Origin: a virus
Lineage: Duplodnaviria; Caudoviricetes
Strand: one strand, 5' to 3'
Length of the DNA: 64,000 nt
IMG/VR virus record: IMGVR_UViG_3300033121_000719
Span: 68,784 to 132,783 of that record
Below, piece after piece: positions 42,420 through 51,436 of this stretch; position 1 is the stretch's first letter; each line of letters begins with the position of its first letter. The position numbers and the translations under genes were made by a program. The notes under the pieces are model-generated. The model searched no databases. It was not told where the DNA came from and saw nothing but the letters and a program-made list of their open reading frames with translations.

Positions 42420-42549
42420 TAGTCTGAGTGGGACTCGAACCCACACCTTCTTTATGTGAAAAAGAGTTTAAGATTTTTGTATTGCAGTATATATCTAAAA
42501 CTAGATATATTGGTTTCTTGTTTTTATGCTGCCATTACACCATCAGACT
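42420..42549 (-). ncRNA. tRNA-like chimera (CAC loop) with the handle inserted between D arm and anticodon arm
   Basis: Acceptor AGTCTGA/TCAGACT; T arm GTGGG-TTCGAGT-CCCAC; TCTTT-TTCACAT-AAAGA; insert ATATATCTA-GTTT-TAGATATAT-ACTGCAA. Confidence 0.7.
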
Positions 42550-42562
42550 ATTTTATTACAAG

Positions 42563-42687
42563 TAGAGAGTATTGGATTTGAACCAATGACCCAGCGATTT
42601 TTTATAATATTTTTGAATTGCTGTTTGCGTCTGTTAAGACACACTTTTTATTATTGTCGCTTGCTCTGCCAACTGAGCTAACTCTCT
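42563..42687 (-). ncRNA. tRNA-like chimera with the handle replacing the anticodon loop
   Basis: AGAGAGT/ACTCTCT; GCTC-AGTTGGCA-GAGC; stem AGCGA/TCGCT enclosing TGTGTCT-TAAC-AGACGCA-A-ACAGCAA; T arm ATTGG-TTCAAAT-CCAAT. Confidence 0.75.
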
Positions 42688-42698
42688 ATAAAGCAATC

Positions 42699-42758
42699 AA
42701 GATACATTAGATTTTCAAGTCAATAGGTTGAAAAGGTTTGAATTGCTGTATGTATCTT
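42699..42758 (-). ncRNA. ACAGCAA-handle hairpin RNA E
   Basis: AAGATACAT/ATGTATCTT stem, ACAGCAA, apical TTTTCAA-CCTATTGAC-TTGAAAA. Confidence 0.7.
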
Positions 42759-42761
42759 TAG

Positions 42762-42834
42762 TACCCCTTGATAGATTCGGACTACCGTAAGCACCTTGAG
42801 AGGGTGCTGTCCTAGACCACTAGACGAAAGGGGT
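42762..42834 (-). tRNA. tRNA-Glu(CUC)
   Basis: ACCCCTT/AAGGGGT; GCACC-CTCTCAA-GGTGC; T-loop TCCGAAT. Confidence 0.8.
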
Positions 42835-42849
42835 GTTTGTTATTTTTAC

Positions 42850-42912
42850 TAGACACATTTGCTTTTTCGTCAGCCAATTAGATGAAAAATTTTGTATTGC
42901 TGTGTGTGTCTA
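42850..42912 (-). ncRNA. ACAGCAA-handle hairpin RNA F
   Basis: TAGACACA/TGTGTCTA stem, ACAGCAA, apical TTTTTCATC-TAATTGGCT-GACGAAAAA. Confidence 0.65.
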
Positions 42913-42934
42913 AAAGTTTCTCAATTACTATTTA

Positions 42935-42962
42935 ATTATACCACTAAAATTTTATTTGTCAA
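42935..42962 (-). promoter_or_regulatory. Promoter driving the tRNA/ncRNA array
   Basis: TTGACA-16-TATAAT; the -10 is ~20 nt upstream of RNA F. Confidence 0.75.
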
Positions 42963-43704
42963 GTATTTTTCAAAATTCTAAAAAATTGGTGGATTTGGAT
43001 AACAATAAATGAACATACCCACGATAACCAAAATCCAAAACAGAACAAACAGAAAGACTAAAATATTTTTTATCATAAAACTCCGTTTCTCAGTTACTAT
43101 TTAATTATACCAGATTTGAAAATGAAAGTCAAGTATTTTTCAAAAAAAAGAATTTTTCAATGTCTTACATCATCTTCTTTTATTTTTTTGAATGTTGAAC
43201 CTAAACTACCACGACCACTTTCATAAAATTTATCTTCAAACCAATTCACAAAACTGTGAACGCACTTTCCGTCTTGATAGGTTTGGCTTACGTGTTCCCA
43301 TATTTTATACTTTCCAAAACCATATAAAGTATAAATATCAATATAATAATGGTCACAGTATATATGATAAGTTTTTCTTCTTGTTATAAATTCTTTTTTC
43401 ATCATAAATCCTCCAATAACTATATCTATTGAATAGTTAATTTTCATTAACTATTCTAACATCTAGTTATTGTAAAATTAATCTTCTCTGTCCCAATCAG
43501 AATTTTCTGAATTATCTTCTTCAAAGTCATCATCGTCATCAGGACGTGGTGTCAAAGAACTGTTATTCATAATAAACTCCTTTGTTTGATTTCTCAATCA
43601 CTACTTAAGTATACCACATCTGGAAATAAAAGTCAAGCATTTTTCATTTTTAGACTTTATCTATTCCTCAAGCAATAAACTTGAGGAATATAAAAACCAA
43701 AAAA

Positions 43705-44808
43705 CTAACTGGACTTAAAATTATAAATTGGCATTATGCGTTCAACAATCTCAACATCATCAGCAACAGCATCTACAATGCTCTGAAACGGCTTGTAAGC
43801 GTCTGGTGCTTCATCCAATGTGTTTTGACCTACAGATGAAGTATAAATACCTTCCATCTGCGTTTTGAACGTATCTAATGGTATGTTTTGCTTGGCTTTT
43901 GACCTTGACATTAATCTTCCAGCCCCATGAGGTGCAGATGAAAGATTGCTTTTATTGCCCTTTCCAATGCAAAGTAAAGAACCATCTCGCATGTTCATGG
44001 GAATAATGAGGGTTTTTCCAAGTTCAGCAGATACAGCGCCCTTACGCAAAATCATGGTTTCAATATCAATGTAATTATGTACAGTTTCAAAAACCCCTGA
44101 AAATTCATATTTGAAATATTCCATAATCAACTTCGCAATCATCAGACGGTTGCGTTGTGCGTATTGCTGACAAATGTGCATATCATTGATGTAGTTTTCA
44201 AAGTTTGCACCTGACACATAACATAAATCTCTATGGATGCCTTTTCCATCACATTCTTCAACTGCTTTACGTTGATGGTAATTTGCAACTTGTAGTCCAA
44301 GATTTCTTGAACCAGTATGAATGACAAGATAAAACTCATTATTAGAAGATTTATTCACCTCAATAAAATGATTACCACCACCCAAAGAACCAATGGATTT
44401 TTTGAATACATCCATTCCTTTTGATAATGAGTCTTTGCAAGTCAATCCAGACAAATCCATATTATCCAAAACTTTGTTATGGTCTGAGAACCCATGAGGA
44501 ATGTGGTGTCTAATAAAAGTATCCAGTTCAGGCAATCTTTCTTGAATTTCATCTGGAATCTTTGTGACAAACATAGAGCATCCAACATCAACTCCCACTA
44601 AATTAGGGCAAACTTTTTCATCTTTGATTGTCATAACAGTTCCAATGGTGCAACCAGCACCAGCATGACAATCAGCTTGAATTTCAATCTGACTATCCTT
44701 TACAAATTCCTGATTGAGTAAATTCATAACCTGAGATATTGTTTCATTATCAACAATATCAGTATGAATATTTGCGATGTTATACTTTCCTTGTAGTGTT
44801 ATCATCAC
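43705..44808 (-). CDS. rtcB: RtcB-family RNA 2',3'-cyclic phosphate/3'-phosphate ligase
   Basis: DCHAG, GVDVGC, GSLGGGNHF, HTGSR, HNYI, RKGA, PHGAGR, DEAPDAYK. Confidence 0.95.
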   Translation of the reverse strand: MMITLQGKYNIANIHTDIVDNETISQVMNLLNQEFVKDSQIEIQADCHAGAGCTIGTVMTIKDEKVCPNLVGVDVGCSMFVTKIPDEIQERLPELDTFIRHHIPHGFSDHNKVLDNMDLSGLTCKDSLSKGMDVFKKSIGSLGGGNHFIEVNKSSNNEFYLVIHTGSRNLGLQVANYHQRKAVEECDGKGIHRDLCYVSGANFENYINDMHICQQYAQRNRLMIAKLIMEYFKYEFSGVFETVHNYIDIETMILRKGAVSAELGKTLIIPMNMRDGSLLCIGKGNKSNLSSAPHGAGRLMSRSKAKQNIPLDTFKTQMEGIYTSSVGQNTLDEAPDAYKPFQSIVDAVADDVEIVERIMPIYNFKSS

Positions 44809-45251
44809 TTCCTCTTTGTCTTTGATAATTTACAAACCATATTTTTTGCGCCATTATGGATTCTATCTTTACTGGCATCAAGAAAAACCCACCACTTGTT
44901 TTCATAGACAATAATATTATGCAGGTCTATATTGGGATTAATAAGAATCATTCTCTTGTAGAATTTTTCAAAGCTGGTATTTCCTCTGTCCTGATTACAT
45001 TTATTGCAAGACAAAACGATAGGTGATGGTTTGTGTTTCCTTTTATATGTTTGACGTTCATCAAACTTTAAAGGAAAAATATGGTCAACCGTTGCGCCGT
45101 CTGGTTGATTGATTTGTATGCGATTTTCAGGATACATTTTAGTATCTTTACCACACCAAAAACACATACCGTTGACTTTTGCAGAAATAACAATTTTACT
45201 TGCTCTGCCTGTGCCCATGCTAAATCCTCTCTTTTTAAAATTAGAGAACAC
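44805..45251 (-). CDS. HNH endonuclease
   Basis: CFWCG, ATVDHIFP, SCNKCNQDRG. Confidence 0.75.
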   Translation of the reverse strand: MFSNFKKRGFSMGTGRASKIVISAKVNGMCFWCGKDTKMYPENRIQINQPDGATVDHIFPLKFDERQTYKRKHKPSPIVLSCNKCNQDRGNTSFEKFYKRMILINPNIDLHNIIVYENKWWVFLDASKDRIHNGAKNMVCKLSKTKRK

Positions 45252-45326
45252 AGAATTATATTCTCTACTTTAGTCCATAACTTTATGCTATGGACTAAAA
45301 TGCAAAACATAATTATTGATTTGTAA

Positions 45327-46136
45327 TTAGAGTTGTAAAATGTAATATGCAATAGCACCATAAATCATAGTAAAAAGTACAATGCTACATAAATAGTACA
45401 TAAATACAGCAAAACCTATCGCATTTTCTTCGTCTTTGATAATTTGATCTGGAGATTTTGCATCTCTAACATTTAAAACTATACTTCCTGAAATTGGATC
45501 AGTTGCCTTGTTGTCAAAAAATCTGACAAAAATTGTTCTTGCAGTTGATGTAACGGTTACTTTGTAATAATATCTTTTGTCATTACATCCTCCAAAAAGC
45601 CCTTTGTTGATACAAAGATAGTCTCCATCAATCATTTCTATTTGATCTTTTGAGACATTATCAGCACTCAAAGAAAGTCTTGAAACATTTTCCATTCGTA
45701 AATTTTCTTTGGAAAACACTACTCCAAGAAACGTAAACGTCTTACTCCAATCCTCTTTTTTAGATATATAATCCCAAGTGTAGTATGTCTCAGTATGACA
45801 CGTTTGGTTTCCTTTCTTATCAGAAGTACAGACCTCTCTTGTGTGCATCCTGTATTCTTCATAGACCCTTGTTATTCCAGCAAATTTCCATGTGAGTTCA
45901 GGTAATCCAACCTCTTCGTTTGCGACAAGATTGCCATTAGCAAGCACATTTCCAGCTTGAGTTCTTTTCGCATATTGAAAAGTGTTTGCATTATCTGTTT
46001 TTACTGCTTGCTCATATTTTAAAATATTATTTCTCTGTCCAGCAAAAACAAAACTCTCACAAAATATTGCGCTTGCAATAACAAGCAGTACAAATATAAA
46101 GCCAATGAAAATTTCTTTTGGAGAAATATCTTCCAT
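45327..46136 (-). CDS. Membrane protein associated with LemA
   Basis: N- and C-terminal transmembrane segments; follows lemA. Confidence 0.65.
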   Translation of the reverse strand: MEDISPKEIFIGFIFVLLVIASAIFCESFVFAGQRNNILKYEQAVKTDNANTFQYAKRTQAGNVLANGNLVANEEVGLPELTWKFAGITRVYEEYRMHTREVCTSDKKGNQTCHTETYYTWDYISKKEDWSKTFTFLGVVFSKENLRMENVSRLSLSADNVSKDQIEMIDGDYLCINKGLFGGCNDKRYYYKVTVTSTARTIFVRFFDNKATDPISGSIVLNVRDAKSPDQIIKDEENAIGFAVFMYYLCSIVLFTMIYGAIAYYILQL

Positions 46137-46144
46137 GTTTTATC

Positions 46145-46714
46145 TCACTTTGAAAATAAATTATCAGGCATGGCAGTTTCTTCTTCTGAATATTCAAGGT
46201 ATCCAAAGTCAACTGGAAGGTGTCCAGAAATAGCAAGAAATAAAGTATTTGGAAACGTTTTTACAAATTGATTGTAGTTCTTAACTTCACTATTACGAGT
46301 CTTTCGCAGTTCTGATAACATATTTTCAGTAATACTCAACTCATTCATCAGTTCAATATAGTTCTGATTCGCCTGTAATGTTGGGTAGTTTTCCATAACG
46401 ATCTTAAACATATTTGTAGCTGAAATACTGCTACTGTTATCTTGTGCGTCTTGGCGCAGTTTTACAATATCAACTAAAGTGCTTTGTTCATATTGAGATG
46501 CTTGCTCAACGACCTGAACCAATTTCATAATCAGATCATATCTTCGCTTCTCACCAATGCCAATGTCTGAACTTGCTTGTTTTACAGTCTCTTCCATTTG
46601 TACCGCTTTGTTTGATGTGTTGATGACTGAACCAGTCACAATACATCCACAAGAGACGATAATCACTAAAACCGCAACGATTACAATAATGATTGTTTGT
46701 TTGTCCATATTCAT
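46145..46714 (-). CDS. lemA: LemA-family protein
   Basis: N-terminal TM, RRYDLI..LV, ENYPTLQAN, TEN, YN..VKTFPN. Confidence 0.85.
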   Translation of the reverse strand: MNMDKQTIIIVIVAVLVIIVSCGCIVTGSVINTSNKAVQMEETVKQASSDIGIGEKRRYDLIMKLVQVVEQASQYEQSTLVDIVKLRQDAQDNSSSISATNMFKIVMENYPTLQANQNYIELMNELSITENMLSELRKTRNSEVKNYNQFVKTFPNTLFLAISGHLPVDFGYLEYSEEETAMPDNLFSK

Positions 46715-46763
46715 TTTTATTCTCCTGTTTTAATAAAAAGTTTGGTTTCTCAATTACTATTTA

Positions 46764-46792
46764 ATTATACCACTTTTCAGAACCAGAGTCAA
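46764..46792 (-). promoter_or_regulatory. sigma70-type promoter (repeated promoter cassette)
   Basis: TTGACT-17-TATAAT with flanks shared with the 42935 and 43104 promoters. Confidence 0.75.
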
Positions 46793-47843
46793 GTATTTTT
46801 CAAATTTATGAATTTTTGTACCTGAATATATAACCTCATTTTTGATTGATATAAAGCACTATAAACAACGTTTATATCAGGACACAGATTTACCCACCTT
46901 GACTATCAAAATCGTAAAATCGCCTATTTAGAGGGCTTAAACACATATTCTTATAGATGTTTTCAACCCAAATGCCAGAATTTTTTGTATAAAGACTCAG
47001 TAGTATCTATACAGAAAATAGTTATAGACATGGACATTTTTAATGGCAGAATCACATAAGAAACAAGCATTATACAATATGCTATATTGATCCAAGCCTT
47101 GAATATAAAATGCTTAAGACTCATAATTTTCCTCCTATGAAAGTTATATCTTATTCTTGTTCGTCATCCATCATGATTAATGATCTAACTTGTCTAGCAT
47201 AATCCACTCTTCCCTTTTTCCACGATCTTGTATTTATGCCAGCAGTTATTAACAACCAATCTTTCCATGAGATGTGAGAAAAAACAAAAGTAAAGATATA
47301 TTCCAAATCTACTTTATCAAACCCATCCTTAATTGTTTTACTCAAATAAGAATCAAAAGTTTTTGGAACATAAACTGTAACAACTGGAAAGAAACTCCAC
47401 TCATAAGGGGTAATGTTGATGGCATAAGTTTCTTTGTTTTCAGTAATCAAAAAATTGCCATAAGTTAAATTACTGATTTCAATACCAGTGTATTTTTGAA
47501 CCCCTCCAATTTTCTCTTGGTCACATAAAGTACCAATTAGGCGTGCTTCATTAAGCCTATTTATAAAGTGAATTTTTTTATCAGGGCCTTGTAATGATAA
47601 TGGAACCATTTTATCTCCTTATGAAAACGTAGTTTTATTTTCTTTTGAATGTGTTTAATTTATCTACATTTGACCATAATAATATTGTTCTTTTGTCATG
47701 GGCAGACTTAAACCAATGTTCCCCATATGCTCTGGTTGATTCTGTTTCTTCTTTATAAGACATATCTAACCAAGTTGTCAATTTTTTAAGAATGAAAAAC
47801 TTGTTTAAATATATAAATGTGAATTGATTATATAAAGGATTTG

Positions 47844-48260
47844 TCATTTGTGCCATCTTCCTTTGATAATTTCATAAGGTGGTTCTGACCTATTAGCATA
47901 ATCAAACCAATGTTGCTTATGTTGGTTGATAACTTCATCACTCCATCCAATGTTGGTGTAATCAAATGTAACCCTGTTATCAGATAGAGAGACAATACAA
48001 CTACCCACGCTATATCCAGCTATGTGGGTTGCTTCATCTTTCAAACAAGGTATGAGACGATATTCATGATGCCAGTCAGGATGGAATTTTAAAAAAATAT
48101 TGTCGTATATCTCATCACAGACAATTTCAAGTTGACTTCTTTCTGCGTTTTTAGCTCTTTTAGGTGGTCTAACAGGAACAGTTTTATAATATCCATCTAC
48201 ACGATACCTACTACCACGATAAATCATGCCTGTTGCTATCTCTGGACATTCGTGCTTCAT
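47844..48260 (-). CDS. Hypothetical protein
   Basis: ORF track; co-oriented. Confidence 0.55.
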   Translation of the reverse strand: MKHECPEIATGMIYRGSRYRVDGYYKTVPVRPPKRAKNAERSQLEIVCDEIYDNIFLKFHPDWHHEYRLIPCLKDEATHIAGYSVGSCIVSLSDNRVTFDYTNIGWSDEVINQHKQHWFDYANRSEPPYEIIKGRWHK

Positions 48261-50723
48261 ATTCCATCGCCTATTTTAAGAACCCAATTATCATCATATA
48301 GATGCAAAAAATAGGAAAAAGCACAACGATGGTAAATGCAAAAACATATGCTAATGCACTAATTAAACAACCTGAACAACTGTTTTCATCATCCCTTTTG
48401 TAAGGATCATAATGAATGACTCTTCCATCATTTGTTATATGGTCAAGTATCCCTATTTTAAATTCATCAGACATGATACACTCCTATGAAAATTGTGTTT
48501 TATTCAAAATTAGCATCTAGTATTTTGAAATTGGGGTCATCTGATTGTGGGTATAAAGCAATCACTTGAATGAGATATGTGTTATCATCACTCATTTTTC
48601 CATCAGGTGAAACCCAAGTGGCAGTAAATACATAGTTTGCTTTATGGGCAAGCCACCTAATCAACCTACGAATAATTTGTTCTTTGAGAGTAATTTTTCT
48701 TTTCATAAAAGTCACGTTTTGTTGATCTAAATACCAGTCCAATTCTTTGTCTTGGCCTTTGAAAACCTCTTTATTTTGCTTTGCAAACAATGTAAGTTTT
48801 GCCTTCCAATACCTGATAACTGCATTTTCATGGATAAGGCTTGCGTTTTCTCGTTCAACAAATATAATCTTTTGAACAAGTAATGCAATTATGAACAACA
48901 AAATAAATGGTAAAATCCAATAAGTTTCCATAACATCTCCTTATTTGATTGAATCAAGAAAAGATTCTGCGTCACAAGTAACCCACTCTCCATCACGAAA
49001 GAAACTCGTTTCTTTATAATAAAAATCTTTTGAATCAATTTCAGCACCATCTTCCCATGTTTCAATAGAAAGTCCCTCGTCCTCATAATGCTCTTCTTTT
49101 TGGATTTCTTCTTTTGCTTTTTCTTTGATTTTTTCCAAACTTTCAGTTACCAACATAACGTGTTCATGCAGACCAAAATCCTCATACATTCCTAACAACA
49201 CATAAATTCTCATTTTTATTTCTCCTATTCACCAAGAACAATTCCTTTTATTTCAGTTTTGCATACTTTACAAATCATAAATACCTCCTATAATTCAAAC
49301 ATAATGGTCATTGTATAATCCAAAAATCTGATTGAAAAATCAATTGAACAATATCCTTCCATTTTTGCAAGAGTAAAATATACTGTTGGAAACAGATAAT
49401 AGGAATGGATGAATGTTGCCATCTGACCTACTTTATAAGGCCAAAGAATAATAAAGTGTTTCATAAAACTATCCTTTATTATGCAAGTAAAAATGCTAGT
49501 CCAACAAAAAACCACACTATCAAAGACAACAATATCGCAGGGTCTTTTGTCTCAGTAATCACAATAATAAATATTGGAATCAACATCAAAGCAATTCCCA
49601 TTTTTTCATTATTTTTCATAAAACTACCCTTTCATTTTTTATCTCCAGAAAAAATATCAGCTATCTTATTGATTTGATTGGCGTCAAAGTTCTTTATGTT
49701 GTCGTTCAACAATTCAGCTACTCTGTTCCACCAAATAACAAAGTTTTCTGGTGCAGAATATGATAAAGATTTTTGTATCGCTTCTAATGAGACAACAAGA
49801 TCATGGTTATTGTTATTCAACTCTGCTTTTATTTCTTCAATCACATCATAAAGGTTTCTGTTGCTCATAAAAATCTCCTGTTATTTATCTGACTATTAAT
49901 ATTATACCACATTTACCAAGTGCGAGTCAAGTGTTTTGAAAATTACCAGTTATTCGTCAGCATACTTCCATGAGAAAACTGTTGCAAAGAACATATCATC
50001 AGGATCAGCACATTTTTCAAGTTTAAAAATAATAAATAATCCAGCTTTTCCAGAAGCCATATTGATTTTGATAACATCACCTTCCCTAATTTTACCAGAA
50101 TACCAACCACAAATTTCCATTAAACCATACTCTTGACTATATTCTTTTGTAATTTCATAGCTGTGACCCAAATATGTTCTGGTGTAATCAACAGTTATAG
50201 CATCACTATTGATTGCAATATGTCTTTCTTTTTTAAACAGGTTTTTAATAAATTTAAACATAATTTTCTCCTTAGCTATCCATCCAATGATTGTTGACTT
50301 CCGTTTCTCCTTCATGTAGAGTATAAATTCCATCAACATCATAATTTAAACATTCGTCAATGGTTTTAAACTCTCTCCACACACATTTATTGAATTTTTC
50401 TATTGCTTCTTCTTCTGATAAATTTTCATATACAGAAGACCAATCACCGTATCCATAGTCAGCCTTTATCCAATACATATTTTACGACCTTTCTTTGTTG
50501 AATAATAAATACGTCAAAAATAAAAAAGGAGAAAAGATAAGAAAGATCAATAACCCTAACATAACAACGATCAATGAAGCAATAATAGAATATAGCAAAA
50601 GTATTTTTTGGAATAAATCTCCATCTTTCCAATAGTCAAGAATGTCACCCCAATAAGAAAATGACTTAATTTTATTTTTTTCTTTATCAATGACATTGAT
50701 AAATTCAGTAAACTTGTTCATAG

Positions 50724-51074
50724 TTATCTCCTGTTTTTACATTTTTCGCATCTATTATACAAATCTTTAATATTATATTCAGTGTCAACCTTTGCTTCTT
50801 GTAATTGTTTTGGAAGATAGGAAACATCAGGCTGAATATATGGACTGTTATGGTTAAAACCCCTGCGCTTCATCTCCAAAACTAACTCATCATGCCTCGT
50901 TTCCATTGACAGGGGTTCAATCTGGACAATGGGAATGATTCTGCCAGTGATGTTATGACATTTTACAAAGTTATGACTATGTTTGTGAATTTCATTATGT
51001 TCCCCCAATAGGTGTTTGTCACACAGCAAACTAGGGTCAAGCATCCACATTCTCATAGCATTTTCTTTCCCCAC
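50724..51074 (-). CDS. Pyrimidine-dimer DNA glycosylase/endonuclease V-like protein
   Basis: MRMW...LCDKHLLGEH.EIH, RHDELVLEMKRRGFNH. Confidence 0.7.
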   Translation of the reverse strand: MGKENAMRMWMLDPSLLCDKHLLGEHNEIHKHSHNFVKCHNITGRIIPIVQIEPLSMETRHDELVLEMKRRGFNHNSPYIQPDVSYLPKQLQEAKVDTEYNIKDLYNRCEKCKNRR

Positions 51075-51436
51075 AATTCTTCAACAATATTCTTAGATTC
51101 AACTAATCCAAAGTCTGTTATTTGACGAACAGCTTTAATACGTTCAATAAATCCAGCGTCAATTCCAATGATGCTATCAACCTCTTCTTTGATGCCTTCT
51201 GGTATTTGATTGATAACATCAGACTTTCTTTGTATTGACGCTTCATGTAATAAATTCTCTGACATTCTTGACAACAAACCAGACTGAAAGATATAAAATA
51301 ACACTCTTTTTTCTTCCAAAGATACATCTTTTGGTAAAGAGCTAAGAAAATTTTGATATGCTAAAGTTTCAGCATTGTACAAAAGATTCTCAATTTCTGG
51401 TCTTACTGCGCCATATCTGGTAAAAATTCTGTCCAT
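51053..51436 (-). CDS. Protein with ribosomal L7/L12 C-terminal-like motif
   Basis: IERIKAVRQITDFGLVESKNIVE. Confidence 0.55.
   Translation of the reverse strand: MDRIFTRYGAVRPEIENLLYNAETLAYQNFLSSLPKDVSLEEKRVLFYIFQSGLLSRMSENLLHEASIQRKSDVINQIPEGIKEEVDSIIGIDAGFIERIKAVRQITDFGLVESKNIVEELWGKKML

Noticed and set aside
42563-42687. Group I or bulge-helix-bulge intron in a tRNA, or tmRNA
   Set aside because: The ~59-nt insert is far too short for group I or tmRNA, I see no BHB motif, and no canonical anticodon loop is regenerated
41710-42912. CRISPR array interpretation of the repeated TTGTATTGCTGT motif
   Set aside because: Repeats are short, degenerate and irregularly spaced, embedded in covarying stems and tRNAs; no cas genes in the window
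49202-49251. Additional 18-bp sites at 49202 and 49234 (also 49867, 53126)
   Set aside because: Arms are degenerate or explained by start-codon context; not counted
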